From assembly GCA_951406725.2 (NCBI GenBank), contig OX597820.1:66340001-66404000 (forward strand): DNA of 64,000 nucleotides, in the 5' to 3' direction. The notes below the pieces were generated by a model. The model was not told the origin of the DNA. It was given only the letters and a program-made list of their open reading frames with translations, and searched no databases. Source of the stretch: Octopus vulgaris. Its lineage: Eukaryota. The position numbers and the translations under genes are program-made. Shown here one piece after another: positions 12,600-26,244 of this stretch; position 1 is the stretch's first letter, and the number at the start of each line of letters is the position of its first letter.

Positions 12600-13132
12600 G
12601 TGAAGGCGCATGGCTTAGTGGTTAGAGGTATTTAGCTCACGATCGGAAAGTGATGAGTTCAATACTGAGCTGGTAATATTATTGGTTCTTTTGTCTTTAC
12701 GTTCTGAGTCCAAGTTCCTCCGAGGTCAACTTTGCCTTTCATCCTTTCGGGGTCGATAAATTAAGTACCAGTTGCGTACTAGGGTGCCTTGAATAGAAAA
12801 GAATATTATTGGTTCTGGCTGATGTTATTAACTCATGGAGTTGGCAAAATCGTTAGAACGCTAAACACAATGCTTGAGGGCATTTCTTCTGTATTTATGT
12901 TCAAATTTCAAATTCCACCGAGGCCGGCTTTTGCTTTTCATCCTTTTGCGGTAGATAAAATAAGTACGAGTTGAACGCAGGGTTTCAAATTCCGCCGAGG
13001 TCGACTTTGCCTTTCATCCTTTCGGGGTCGACAGAGCATGTACCAGCTGAACACTAGGGTCGATGTAATCGACTTAGCTCTCCCCTAAAATTGCTGGCGT
13101 TGTATGAAAATTTGAAATCATCATCATCATCA

Positions 13133-13166
<34 letters not shown>

Positions 13167-13270
13167 AGCGGTGAGCTAGCTAAAGTGTTAGCACGCCGGG
13201 CAAAATGCATAGCGGCATTTCGTCCGTCTTTACGTTCTGAGCTCTAGTTCCACCGAATACGAATTTGCTG
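12600..13270 (+). mobile_element. SINE cluster: a C-type head followed by several SINE-A pieces
   Basis: GTGAAGGCGCATGGCTTAGTGG at 12600; family-A cores near 12700, 12910 and 12985; head at 13167. Confidence 0.75.
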
Positions 13271-13616
13271 TCACTCTTTCAGACTTATAGAAAGAAAACG
13301 GTATAACAGATCGAATCACATAACACCCTACAGGGGCATGAAACGTTTCGGCACAGTCGTTTTAGCGCTGCCAATTTGGCGTCACTGATTCGAGGCTGAC
13401 TTATTTGACATCACACAATTTTTAATGTTTCCTACGTTTCTCTCTTTCCCTCTGTCCCTCTCTCCTCCTCTTTATGTGTATGAGGATAGGGATAGTATTT
13501 GCGTCAGTTGTGTTTAATTCATAAGTGGTAATTTCTCTCTCCTTCTCCCTATCCGTATGTGTATATTTTTTGCGTGCGCGTGTGCAGTTGCCTCCGGTAC
13601 CAAAAAGTACTCTCAC

Positions 13617-14604
13617 CAAAATAGATTCAATGTTCAGTCAGCCGTGTCAAATCATCAGCGCGCGCCCAGTCGCCTCATTCCGACACCCACCACGTAGCCT
13701 GTGTTCCAGTACTCTTCGTGGAGTTTGGTCCCTCCCGGGTATGAATCAACATTATTACATATAAACTATGGTGTTGTTGTTGCTATTGTTCCTTTCATAC
13801 TTCTTTATTATCTATATTGTTAATCTGCATTATCGACGTGTGAAACTCTTTGTTATAAATACTTTCGATGTCGTTATTGAGGCTGGGTTTTTTTCCAGAT
13901 TGTTTCTGTTGCTATTTTTTTTTGCGGAAAGAGAGAGATGGGTCATATTTATTTATTTATTTATTACTGCATGGCGAGTGGGAGTAAACGATCAGCTATC
14001 TAAACTACCTAGGACCAAAATACGTTCGGTGCAAGTTTTTATTTTTTTTTTTTTTGAAATATTTCAATTTTATTTCATACATTTAATACGCAATTTCATT
14101 TTACGCTATTTTATTGTTTGAAAACACGTCAGCCATGTTGTTTCCCGTTCTTTCCTTTTTTTTTTTTTTTTTAATGTTTCAGTGTTTTTTATGTTGTTTC
14201 ATTTTCTTTTTCTTACTTTGTTTTCCTTTCTTTCATTCTTCGTTGCTTCTTTTTTTTTTTTTTTTTGGTCTTTATGTGTAACTTATTTCTTTCTGCATAA
14301 AAATGTCGAAATTAAAAAATTTTGCAGTATTAAACATACACACACATATACATACATTACACCCCAATGCTTTCATTACAATAACCGAACGAACGAACAA
14401 ACAAAATCTGAAACTCAACTTAAATCGCCACACAACATTACCGTATCACATTGAAGCAACCCACCACACACAAACAACAAAAAAAACCTGAACCACACCA
14501 AATCTATTTTTTTCCTGCCAGTCACTTTCCCAATCAACCAACCAACCAACAAAAACCTTAACCGGCCAACCACTGCCCTGCATATTATCATTACTTCTCC
14601 CCAT

Positions 14605-14646
<42 letters not shown>

Positions 14647-15294
14647 CTGTCTCTGTCTCACGCTATCTTAGTCTTTTTCGCTCTTTCTCTTTATGTATCT
14701 CTCTTGCTTTCTCACATTCTCTCTTCCGCTTTCTCTTTCTCTCCCTCACACACTCTCTCTACCATTGTGACTGTCTCTGTCTCTCTCTCACCGTCTGCCC
14801 ATCTCCTTTACTCTTTCGCCATCTCTCTACCGCTTTCTCACTCTCTCTCTCTCTTCCGCTTGCTCTCTCTCTCTATACCCACCCAACCCTCCATGCTTGT
14901 ACGCTCGCTCTTTCCTTCTCTTCTCTTATATTTCTATGGTCCGCTTGGTAATAAAACTTTAAGAGAAACATTTCATAAGAATTTTAAAAAATAAACTTCA
15001 AATGCAAAAAAAAAAAAAACGAAAGAAAGAAAAACAAGATGGGGGAACAATCATAAAATATTTTTAGAAAAACCCAGAAAAATAACGAAAAGAATGGAGA
15101 AAAGAAAAGAGAGAGAGAGAGAAGACGAGAGGATGGAGGTTAAGAGGAGAGAAAATTTAACAATCCATATTAAAACTTCTTGAGTGATTGATCGATTTGT
15201 AATTTGTGAAAGACTCCGGTCCGTGTGTTTAAATATATCGTCTCTTCTTGTACCCAGACGACACACTTCTGCTCGTTTCTACGGCCGCCATATC
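13617..15294 (-). other. Candidate first (non-coding) exon / promoter region of a minus-strand transcript
   Basis: Donor TTG|GTGAGA at 13617/13616 closes a CpG-rich unique segment with stops in all frames. YY1-like GATATGGCGGCC at 15283-15294. No SINEs across the interval. Confidence 0.3.
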
Positions 15295-15302
15295 TGTCTG
15301 TT

Positions 15303-15340
<38 letters not shown>

Positions 15341-16044
15341 TGGTTATATAGCTAGTTCTGTATATATATAGCCAAACGCGCATACACACATGTTAGAAAA
15401 CACACGCAAATATATATTGCATACTGTATTGTCTCTCTTTCTAGTTCTAGCCTACCATTTCAGATGAGAGCACACATGAACACATACTCTCATACACACA
15501 CACACACAAACAATTATTAATACACATACACAGCATACATGCGTAACTATACACACATACATACCCAACATGTGTGTGTATATATACACAGTACATATGT
15601 AGCATACACACACAAATTCAAGCACATAGAGCTAGCTAGCATATGCATATATCCATACACACACATATACAAACAACCACGCCCCGTGCGCACACACACA
15701 CTTACACAAACACACATGCCCATAGACAAATCTTCAGATACTTGTAAACACCCGATGAGCAACGGTGGGTGAGAACGGGGTACTGAGTGGCAGAGACTGG
15801 GCGTAGAGAGGATAAATAACGCTCTGGAACGTCTTCAGGAGCACAGCCAAGCCATTATTTTTCAAGTCGCATACTCCGTCCTCTCCACGTTTTGCTGACA
15901 TCCACCCGAAATATCTGTCCACCCATACCCGAGTTTATTCTGTAAACATTTGATTTATGTCTTGTTGGTAATTATACACCGGCAGAATTTCTTTAGTGTT
16001 TGTGCTAGGATATTTTTCTGTATAGAGATGTGTATATGTGTGAG

Positions 16045-16077
<33 letters not shown>

Positions 16078-16343
16078 ACGTATACTAATGTGTCTGTATA
16101 TTTGAGAATTGTATGTTTGTGTGTGTGACTGCATGTATATATATATATATATATATGCATGTACATGTAAATATATGTGTCTGTAGGTATGTATGTATAT
16201 ATATATATATATATATATGCATGTATATGTAAATATATGTATGTATGTATATATATATATGCATGTATATGTAAATATATGTATGTATGTATGTATTTAT
16301 GTATATATATATATGCATGTATGTGTAAATATGTGTCTGTATG

Positions 16344-16384
<41 letters not shown>

Positions 16385-16433
16385 GCATGTATATGTAAAT
16401 ATATGTCTGTATGTGTGCATGTATGTATATATA

Positions 16434-16479
<46 letters not shown>

Positions 16480-16998
16480 TGTATGTATTATATGTCGGTG
16501 ACAGTTGACTTTTGCGGCCCACAGGTACCCACAAAAGCGGCCAGCATCTTAACCCTTCACCTTTAGGCTATATACCCTAAACTTAAACTATGAATTCACA
16601 GTCGGAGCTGCTTGGCTGTGCAGAAACTGTCTTGTTTGAAATTGAAATACTGCCATCTTGACTCAATATATTTTCCAAGTGTCTTGTATTGAATTGTATT
16701 TCGATCGCCCCCTGAAACAAGATGGTTGACGATACGGCAGTTATGAAATTCGAGAACGTGTGTGTATGTGTGTGCGCGCGCTCGCGCATGCGTATCTGTC
16801 TATCTATGCCTACGCAAGCCGAGACTTGGAAGTCGCTGTCAACGTTATTTCTTGTTAATGAATAATAAAATACCTGTACGTGCACTACCAAAAGTATTGA
16901 ATAATCCTTCAGTTTAAAGTAAAATTGTCTTTATTTATTATAACTCGACATAGAAACAAAATACACGCTAATACATACACACTCTCTCTCTCTCTGTA

Positions 16999-17031
<33 letters not shown>

Positions 17032-17790
17032 TAAATTCAACTTGCGTTCAAAGTCAACAAGGTTTGCTTTAGAAGCGTTGAGATGTATTGCAAGATAAAG
17101 ATGAGGAAATAATTTTATTTTTGATGCGTAATCACAGGAATGCGAGTTCGAGTCTCGTGGCTGGCCGCTGACAGATTTTTCTGCAAAATATGGATAGTTT
17201 ATCCTGTTCACGCTATATTATTAGCATTATCATGCGTTTGAGAATAAAATTATTTCCTTATCTGTATCTTTATATATATATTTATATATATATACACTTA
17301 GTTCGATTTGAAAACCCCACAAGAATGGGAGAAAGCACTAATATATGATCTAAGTTATATGATGTATAAAAACATGTAATATACAAATAAATATCTGTAA
17401 ATATAAAACCATCCGAATTTCTGAGTACCTCATTTCTTCTAATATAAGATACCTGTACATCATCTCCAAACCTTCCAATATATACAATTTAAGTTCGTTT
17501 ATGGAAGCGTTTTGAATATGCATATAAAAGCTTACATTATGCTAGCTACAGCCTAATGGTGCCAACTGGCCATACCATTTGTTTGGTGGGTGGCACCGAG
17601 CTGTGCCGAAATAATGTAGGATAATTATAGTAATGATAGCAATAATCCTTGAGTGGAATTTATCAACCTATTCCGTCCCCTCAACTACAAATTTAAGCTC
17701 AGTTTGTTGAAACACTCGTAGCGATACCTTAAAATGTTTATAAATTCCATTTCAAATTTATTATTATTATTACAATATATATATATATAT

Positions 17791-17929
17791 ATATATAAAC
17801 TGAGAATGTATGTGTGTCTGTCTGTCTGTCCGTTTCCCTAAAACTTGAGAACTACACAACCAATTTCATTCAAATTTTACACATACCAAACTAGCACTAT
17901 GACCCGGCAACGCCGTGTCATAGTGCTAG
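17791..17929 (+). mobile_element. Short non-autonomous Helitron-type element
   Basis: 5' TATATAAA..(TGTC)n; 3' GC-rich hairpin CCCGGCAACGCCG followed by terminal CTAG|T. Confidence 0.7.
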
Positions 17930-17939
17930 TATATATATA

Positions 17940-18123
17940 GTAGGAATTTATAAAAACGAAAGACGAAGACAGGTGTGTAAACAGCAAACAGGTGTATTAG
18001 TTTAACGCTCGGGAAGGTGAGAAAGTCTTTTACGTTTCGAGCCTATGCTCTTCAACAGAAAGGAACACGAAAAAATAAACGGAGAATAAAAAATGCATTA
18101 GCAGCTAGCGGTCGATCATGGCG

Positions 18124-18125
<2 letters not shown>
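17940..18125 (-). mobile_element. Penelope-like element terminal-repeat fragment
   Basis: One of three homologous copies, lying next to (TA)n/(TG)n. Contains a hammerhead-like motif. Confidence 0.6.
18026..18063 (-). ncRNA. Minimal type-I hammerhead ribozyme-like motif (variant core)
   Basis: CTTT-CTGTTGA-A-GAGC ATAG GCTC-GAAA-CGTA-AAAG. Confidence 0.5.
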
Positions 18126-18160
<35 letters not shown>

Positions 18161-18829
18161 AGCATTATAATATATATGACAAGTTTCCACACAGTTCCTG
18201 TCTACCAAATTGACTCGCAAGACATTGGACGACCTCGAGCTATAGCAGAAGACACTTGCCCAAGTTGTCGCGCGGTGGGACTGAACTCAAGTCCACGTAT
18301 TTGTATAGTGAGCTCTTAACCCTCCTCTACACACACACACACACACACATTCATACATAAATACGTATGTACGTACATGTATAAATCATGGATATGTCTG
18401 AAGTAGATGAAAGGAAAATGCCAGACTGCTAGCACAAAGAATAAACCATTCTCAGCCAACAATAAAAGAAAAAAAAAACGAAAAAAAAAAAAAACCGAAA
18501 ATTGATGTGACATATTGGGATGGTTGCAGCTGTCCCTTGGTTTTAGCTTGGGGACTTGTATTCGTTGACAAGCGGACAATAGCTTGCTTTGGTATGGAGC
18601 CAACCGGATCCAAAAATTCCATTGTGGTATCAACGTAGCTTTACGCGGCTTCACGTCAGCCAGCTGTTGAAGTGGCGTCCCCTACTGCACATTTCAGAAC
18701 GAATGTGTGTATATGTATAATGTATGTATATTCTGATTGTTATGAGAAACGGGTCATCACTACGGATTTACAATGGATTGCATTTCTTCTAAACTTATGG
18801 AATATATTTCATTTATAGCAATTAAGAAA

Positions 18830-19435
18830 GTGGGCAAGTTGGCAGAACCGTTAGCGCCTCGCACAAAGTGAATTATGACATTTCTTGTACCTTTTTATGT
18901 TCTAAGGTTCAAATTCCACCCAGATCGATTTTTGCCTTTCGTTCTTTCGGGGTCGATAAAATAAAGTACGAGCTGATCCCTGGGGTTAGTGTCAGTGTTG
19001 ACTTAAACCCTTCCCTAGAATTGCTGGCCTTGTGCCAAAATTTGAAACCATTTATGAAATTAAGACAGAGAACAGTTTCTAACCTAAGCAGTTGATTAGG
19101 CAGCGAGCTGGAAGAATCGTTTGAGCGTCGGAAAGAATGCTTAGCGGTACTTGTTCTCGTTCAAAATGCAGTGAGTTCAAATCCCACCGAGGTCAGCATT
19201 ATCTTTCGTCTCTCCGGTGTCGATAAAATAAAGGGGTCGGTCTTTGTTATCAGCTTATTCCGTCCCCTCAGAATTTCTGGCTTTATGTCTCGTTCAAACT
19301 GCAGTGAGTTCAAATCCCACCGAAGTCAGCATTATCTTTCATCTCTCCGGCGTCGATAAAATAAAGGGGTCGGTCTATGTTATCAGCTTATTCCGTCCCC
19401 TCAGAATTTCTGGCTTTATGTCTCAATTTACAAAT
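18830..19435 (+). mobile_element. Two SINE-A copies, the second with an internal 133-bp tandem duplication
   Basis: Duplicated units start at 19155 and 19288 and are bounded by TCTC. Confidence 0.85.
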
Positions 19436-20070
19436 TTAAGCTCAATTTATTCATCCATCAGACCAGGTAGGAGGAGGTATTGCAAAGACGAGCTGGTTGA
19501 GGCTTTGAAAATCAGACCGGAAAGAAATATGATTTACGTCTTCATCCACATATTTTGTGCTGGATTTAGTCTGAACAACGCATACCAATGTGAAATGGAG
19601 ACACAAGGAGTAGTCACTTGTGAGTTTTGCTAGTTTATTAATGGAGTCCTCTCGACGCTTGGATGATTTCAGATATGACACTGTAAATGTTCAAGGGTGC
19701 GTGAAAAAGGTGGAAAGATTTTTTTTTTTACACATACAAAATAATAATTATAATATCACCGAGCACTTTGTTTGAGTCTCTTATTCATTCTTCCATTCAT
19801 CGCCTCCCAGAATAAAAACCAAGAGAAGTTTAGTCAACCTGAAAACCAAGGTGGCTGTTTTGTTCTTACTTGGTCGATCGACTACAAAAAATAGCAGTCA
19901 AATTTCACTCAGATCGCTACCTAATGTCTTTAGAAAATAGAAGAAAAAGAAGCAAGTGTGACCACAGCTCCGGTATTATGGATATTTGATTTAGAATACC
20001 GTAGGAAAGAATCGCAAGACTAGCAGCGAGGGATTCCTCTTCTATGGTGGTGAAGCTCTTTTATACCTAT

Positions 20071-20292
20071 TTCTTTATTACCCACAAGGGGCTAAACACA
20101 GAGGGGACAAACAAGGACAGGCATAGTTATTAAGTCGATTATATCGACCACAGTGCGTAACTGGTACTTATTTAATCGACCCCGAAAGGATGAAAGGCAA
20201 ATTCGACCTCGGCGGAATTTGGACTCAGAACGTAACGACAGACGAAATACGGCTACGCATTTCGCCCGGCGTGCTAACGTTTCTGCCAGCTC
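20071..20292 (-). mobile_element. Young SINE-A monomer with 16-bp TSD
   Basis: TSD GCTCTTTTATACCTAT at 20055-20070 and 20293-20308. Confidence 0.9.
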
Positions 20293-20529
20293 GCTCTTTT
20301 ATACCTATCTTTGCATGTCAACGCAAAAAAGTACAAACGTGCATGCGCACATATGCATGTATATAATCGGCCTGCATACACAAAAGGTTTCTTTCAGTTC
20401 TCATCTCCCAAATCCATTCACAAGGCTTTGGTCAACCTTGGGCTCTTGTCCAAAGTGCCACGTGGTAGGGGAAGGAATCTCTCTCAACCAACCACACAGT
20501 CACATAAAGAGTTTAGAAGTTTGTGTTTA

Positions 20530-20947
20530 TCTTTTATCTTTTACTTGTTTCAGTCATTTGATTCCGACCATGCTGGGGCACCGTCTTGAAGAATTTTTAG
20601 TCGAATGAATCGACCACAAGTACTTATTTTTAAAGCCTGGTACATATTCTATCGCTCTTTTTCGCCAAGCTGTTTAGTTACTAGGACGTAAACACACCAG
20701 CGCCGGTTGTCAAGCGATGGTGAGGACAAACATATATAAAAGGCACACACATACACACACACATTCATATATACATACATATACAACGGGCTTCTTTCAG
20801 TTTCCTTCTACCAAATCCACTGACAAGGCCTTTATTGGCTCCAAGCTATAGCAGATGACAGTCGCCCAAGGTACCACACAGTGGTACTGAACCCGGAACC
20901 GTGCGGTTGGGAAGCAAATTTCTTAGCACAACAGCCACACCTGTGCT
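20530..20947 (-). mobile_element. tRNA-derived SINE family B (CORE-like domain, internal microsatellite)
   Basis: Matches the family-B copies at 30322 and 54398. A partial copy precedes it at 20380-20500. Confidence 0.85.
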
Positions 20948-21295
20948 TGTTTGTCAAAATTCTTCTTTTTCTGTATTTTTTGCTTTTTATATTTGTTTCG
21001 TGCACTTCAGATTATTTCGGTTAGAATAAAGAGCGTTACACTAGCATAAATTCCGATAACAGGATGACCTCTAGTTATTTCCTTGTTATTAATAATATAG
21101 GTTGCTGTGCAAGAGGGTTAGTTAGCCCATAGCAACAGCAGTAAATAACCTGGCTATTTTAACGACCATGCTTCTTACCCCCAGCTCGCCAGTCATAAAA
21201 CATCCTGATTGATTTTCTAAGCATTACTTTCGTTAAAGTTGTTATAATAATCGTTCCTTTTGATGATTTCGCCGGTGGTTTTGAAATAGTCGTGC

Positions 21296-21342
<47 letters not shown>

Positions 21343-21346
21343 CGTA

Positions 21347-21554
21347 TACTCTTTACTCTTTTACTTGTTTCAGTCATTTGACTGCGGCCATGCTGGAGCA
21401 CCGCCTTTAATCCAGTAACTCGACCCTCGGGACTTATTCTTTGTAAGCCCATTACTTATTCTATCGGTCTCTTTTGCCGAACCGCTAAGTAACGGGGACG
21501 TAAACACACCAGCATCGGTTGTCAAGCAATGCTAGGGGGACAAACACAGACACA

Positions 21555-21606
<52 letters not shown>

Positions 21607-21787
21607 CATACATACATACATATATACGACAGGCTTCTTTCAGTTTCCGTCTCCCAAATCCACTCACAATGCATTGGTCGGCCCGGGGCTATAGCAGAAG
21701 ACACTTGCCCAAGATGCCACGCATAGGGACTGAATCCGGAACCATGTGGTTGGTAAGCAAGCTACTTACCACACAGCCACTCCTGCG
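21347..21787 (-). mobile_element. SINE-B, full length
   Basis: Head CGCAGGAGTGGCTGTGTGGTAAGTAGC, CORE-like CTTGGGCAAGTGTCTT, internal (TA)/(TG) tract, tail GAAACAAGTAAAAGAGTAAAGAG. Confidence 0.9.
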
Positions 21788-21941
21788 TATGTGTGACTTC
21801 ATCATCAACATCCTTCGCAGAATCGGTAGAGCGTCGGGGAATGAAATGCGGTATAGTGTTTATTTTTAAAGCCTGGTACATATTCTATCGCTCTTTTTCG
21901 CCAAGCTGTTTAGTTACTAGGACGTAAACACACCAGCGCCG

Positions 21942-22015
21942 GTTCTACACCTGTTGGGATTTGAACTCAGAATATAAGCTTATATTCTGAGTTCAAATCC
22001 CAACAGGTGTAGAAC
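21942..22015. repeat. Perfect 74-bp spacerless palindrome
   Basis: The 37-bp arm GTTCTACACCTGTTGGGATTTGAACTCAGAATATAAG is followed directly by its exact reverse complement. Confidence 0.95.
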
Positions 22016-22194
22016 TTAGGTTTTTAGGCTTCGTAGGACCGTCAAAATAAAGTTACCAGTCAAAAATAGCGGGTTTGGGGGCCGAGGTTGATTTAAACGA
22101 TTGTGTTCCTCAAATATCTTAGTTTTGTGTCTCCGTTAGAAAATTATTATTGCTATTACTACTAATTTTGACATCATCCGTCTTCTTAACAATA

Positions 22195-23205
<1,011 letters not shown>

Positions 23206-24224
23206 GAAAACTTCGTGTTGGAATCATATCTTTCCACGTTTTATGTAATCCCGTGCATTCCTTTGGGTGTGTATGGTTTCTAATAAAACCCTTAATTAGA
23301 TGACTAATAATTATTAAACCCGTTAGTGATTCATGGTTTGGCTTGTTCCAGACTTCCAAAAGAAGATTCTACATTATGTCCACTTTTCAATTTTGGTGCA
23401 TGTTCTCCCCACTTAAGCCAAATTCGAGACGAAATCAATTAAGAAATATATTTCCACTGGCTCCACGTGTAAGCTGAGCTCTTTTACAAATACTCTGCTT
23501 TTTCCCTTGTAGAATCAACAAATACTCTGCTTTTTCCCTTGTTTATATTTGGTGTTTGATAGAATGTTTACTAGTCTTTTTTCCCCTGATTGTTTGGAAG
23601 CAGTGTCTTTGAAAAATACCTATAGGAACGGTGATTATTGCGAAATAGTTCTCTCTCTCTCTCTCTCTCTCTTGATCTTAATCTTCTTAACTGTTGAACT
23701 AATCCATTTAATCAATCTTTTAATAATGGCAGCGGTGGTGGTGGTGACAATGGTGAGGTGTGAGTGTGGGTTGAATTGTTGCCGCGGTGGTTCGTATCTG
23801 CACCAGGTTGATGAACTTACAGGTGACGTAGCATATTTGGGATAATGGTATCACAGTACTCGACTCTCCAGCAAACCAATATACACTTATATATAAACAG
23901 TTGGTTAGAACTTTCTAGAAAATAGCAACCAAATCGCCCTTATCTTAAAATACACACACACATATATTCTCTCCCCCTGTCTCTCTCTCAAAGGCGCGCA
24001 CAATCCTAAAAATGTAGTCCGGAATACAAGTATTCAAGGAAAATAAAGCGTGCAGTATGATGGCTTGTTTGTGCTCGGTCAGAGCCGACTAGGGCTAGAC
24101 AACAAGAACAAGAATACCATTAGTATTCTACCGTTATTTTATTTCTTGAGTCTCCCGTTCTTTCATCCTAATCTCGAATGCAAAAAAAAAAGAAAAAGAA
24201 AACAATCAATTTTCTTCGCCCAAT

Positions 24225-24410
24225 ATTCTTGGGAGGGTCATGGGGATAGAGTACTTAGGTATCTCTTCCATAGGGTGCCGCCGTCATCAGACCTTCAGGC
24301 TGGGTTCCCAAGCATGACCAAACTAGACTATGGATAGTATCCAACCATCTTATTCTTGGTCTATACTTAGGTCTCCTGCCAGTTGGCTTAGCTTGAAGAA
24401 TCTGTCTTGC
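24225..24410 (-). mobile_element. 5'-truncated RTE-clade LINE 3' end (Expander/Rex3-like)
   Basis: Minus translation RQILQAKPTGRRPKYRPRIRWLDTIHSLVWSCLGTQPEGL matches the RTE C-terminal GxRPxGRPRxRW motif. Confidence 0.75.
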
Positions 24411-24625
24411 AGTTTGGTTCCCCTTGAAGAATCTGTCTTGCAGTTTGGTTCCTCTTGAAGAAACTGTCTTACAGCTTGTTTCCCCTTGAAGAATTTCTCT
24501 TGCAGTTTGGTTCCCCTCGAAGATTTTGTCTTGCAGTTAGGTTCCGCTTGAAGAATATGTTATGCAGTTTGGTTCCTCTTGAAAAATCCGTCTTGTGATT
24601 TGGCTCAGCTTGAAGAATCCGTATT
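24392..24625. repeat. 31-bp minisatellite, about 7.5 units
   Basis: Unit CTTGAAGAATCTGTCTTGCAGTTTGGTTCCC starts at 24392, 24423, 24454 and so on to 24609. Confidence 0.9.
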
Positions 24626-25894
24626 GAGAGATTCTTCAAAGATTTAAAAAAAAAAAAAGAACAGAAAAATGAAAAGCATTATTAGCATCGACGGGTTTTG
24701 AACCTGAAGCACCATTTTGATTTCGCGGTAATAACAATAGCAACTACACTATTGTCATCAATAAGAAAACAATTGATTTCTTGTTATTGTTATAGCAATC
24801 TATACCGCCACCTAAAGTCTTACTTTTGCATCGCCCCCCCTCCATACACTTCTCCTTTACACTGTCAACCGATCCATCGTTGTTAACTTATTTAATCTAT
24901 TTCTTTATTTTTTATCGACCCGCTCGGATGGAAGAAAAAAAAACGTGAAGAATATTTTCGGTTTGGATTTGAACTTAAAACAGTAATTCAATTTAGTAGT
25001 AGTAGTAGTAGTAGTTTTGGTGTTGGTGTTGGTGTTGGTGGTAGCAGTGGTAGTAGTAGTAGCAGCAGCAATAGCAATTGATTTCTTGTTGTTTGCTGTA
25101 ACCTGCAACCGCAGCCTAACATATCCAATCTCCTCAATGTTACCGCATCGCCTTCATCAAGACTCCAAATTATCTAATTACTGCCTGTTTTTAAGGTTAA
25201 ATACTCTCTTTCTCCTCCTCTCTCTTCCCCTCTCTCCATACACTCACACACGTAAAGTTATACAGCGTCTAGAAAGTACGATATGCTCGGGTACCGAGTA
25301 CTCAACAAAATGAATATAGAGTTAATTCATATATTTCTTTACAATTACAAAAACCTTCTTAAGCCAATGTTACTACAATACGTTTGAAAATGCTAACACA
25401 AGTCGAACATTTATTATTTAAGCATATCTTAACATCAGTACGGCTTTAACTAACTAATAAGTTTTTAGTAAGAAAGGGAATCTCCGTTGTTCTTTCTGAG
25501 AACTCTCACAAAACTATTATATAATGGCATCAAAATATGTAGCCTTTGCGCAAGGGAGAAAGACTGATCCTGCAAAATTCACTACGGCCAAGCAGGGATG
25601 CATGTAAATACCAAGTCTAAAGTGCTCGGTAAATGTATACTCGCTGATAAGTACTATTGTTTTTGTAGCTGACGTAGCGGAACGACGCAGAAATGCCTAT
25701 GTCCTACAATCCAATGATGTTATTCACAACCCGAAACGTGTTTTTCGCACATGTCTAGGTGGAGAGTTTCCCCCGGGTCTACCTCCACAGCGAAAGGTCT
25801 TGTGACATCCGAATACACTAAAACGTGTTATACATGACTCCACGAATATTTTATCCAACGCTGTTTCGTGCGACATATATATATATTATCTGTA

Positions 25895-26004
25895 AGACTA
25901 GTACTTATTCTATCGGTGACTTTTGCCAAACCGCTATATTATGGGAACGTAAACACGCCAACATTGGTTGTCAAGCGATGGTGGGGGACAAATATACACG
26001 CACG

Positions 26005-26081
<77 letters not shown>

Positions 26082-26241
26082 GACGAGCTGCTTTCAATTT
26101 CCGCCTACCAAATCCACTCACAAGACTTTGGTTGGTCCGAGAATATAATTGAATACACTTTCCCAAAATACTATGCAGTGGAATTGAACTAGGAACAATG
26201 TGGTTATGGACCAAACTTCTTACCACACAGCTACGCCTGCA
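25895..26241 (-). mobile_element. SINE-B (3'-truncated)
   Basis: Family-B head and body with an internal (CA)n tract. Confidence 0.8.
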
Positions 26242-26244
26242 CAG

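Noticed and set aside
17405-17445. Minus-strand TAGAAGAAA-TGAG GTA CTCA-GAAA hammerhead-like layout
   Set aside because: No CUG core and no convincing stem I.
18655-18680. Partial similarity to the miR-133 reverse complement (CAGCTGTTGAAG)
   Set aside because: The seed region does not match and there is no precursor hairpin.
24392-24625. CRISPR-like periodicity
   Set aside because: The units are contiguous 31-mers with no unique spacers, there are no cas genes, and the context is eukaryotic.
25740-25810. GC-rich stem-loops suggestive of an HDV-like ribozyme
   Set aside because: I could not assemble the nested double pseudoknot.
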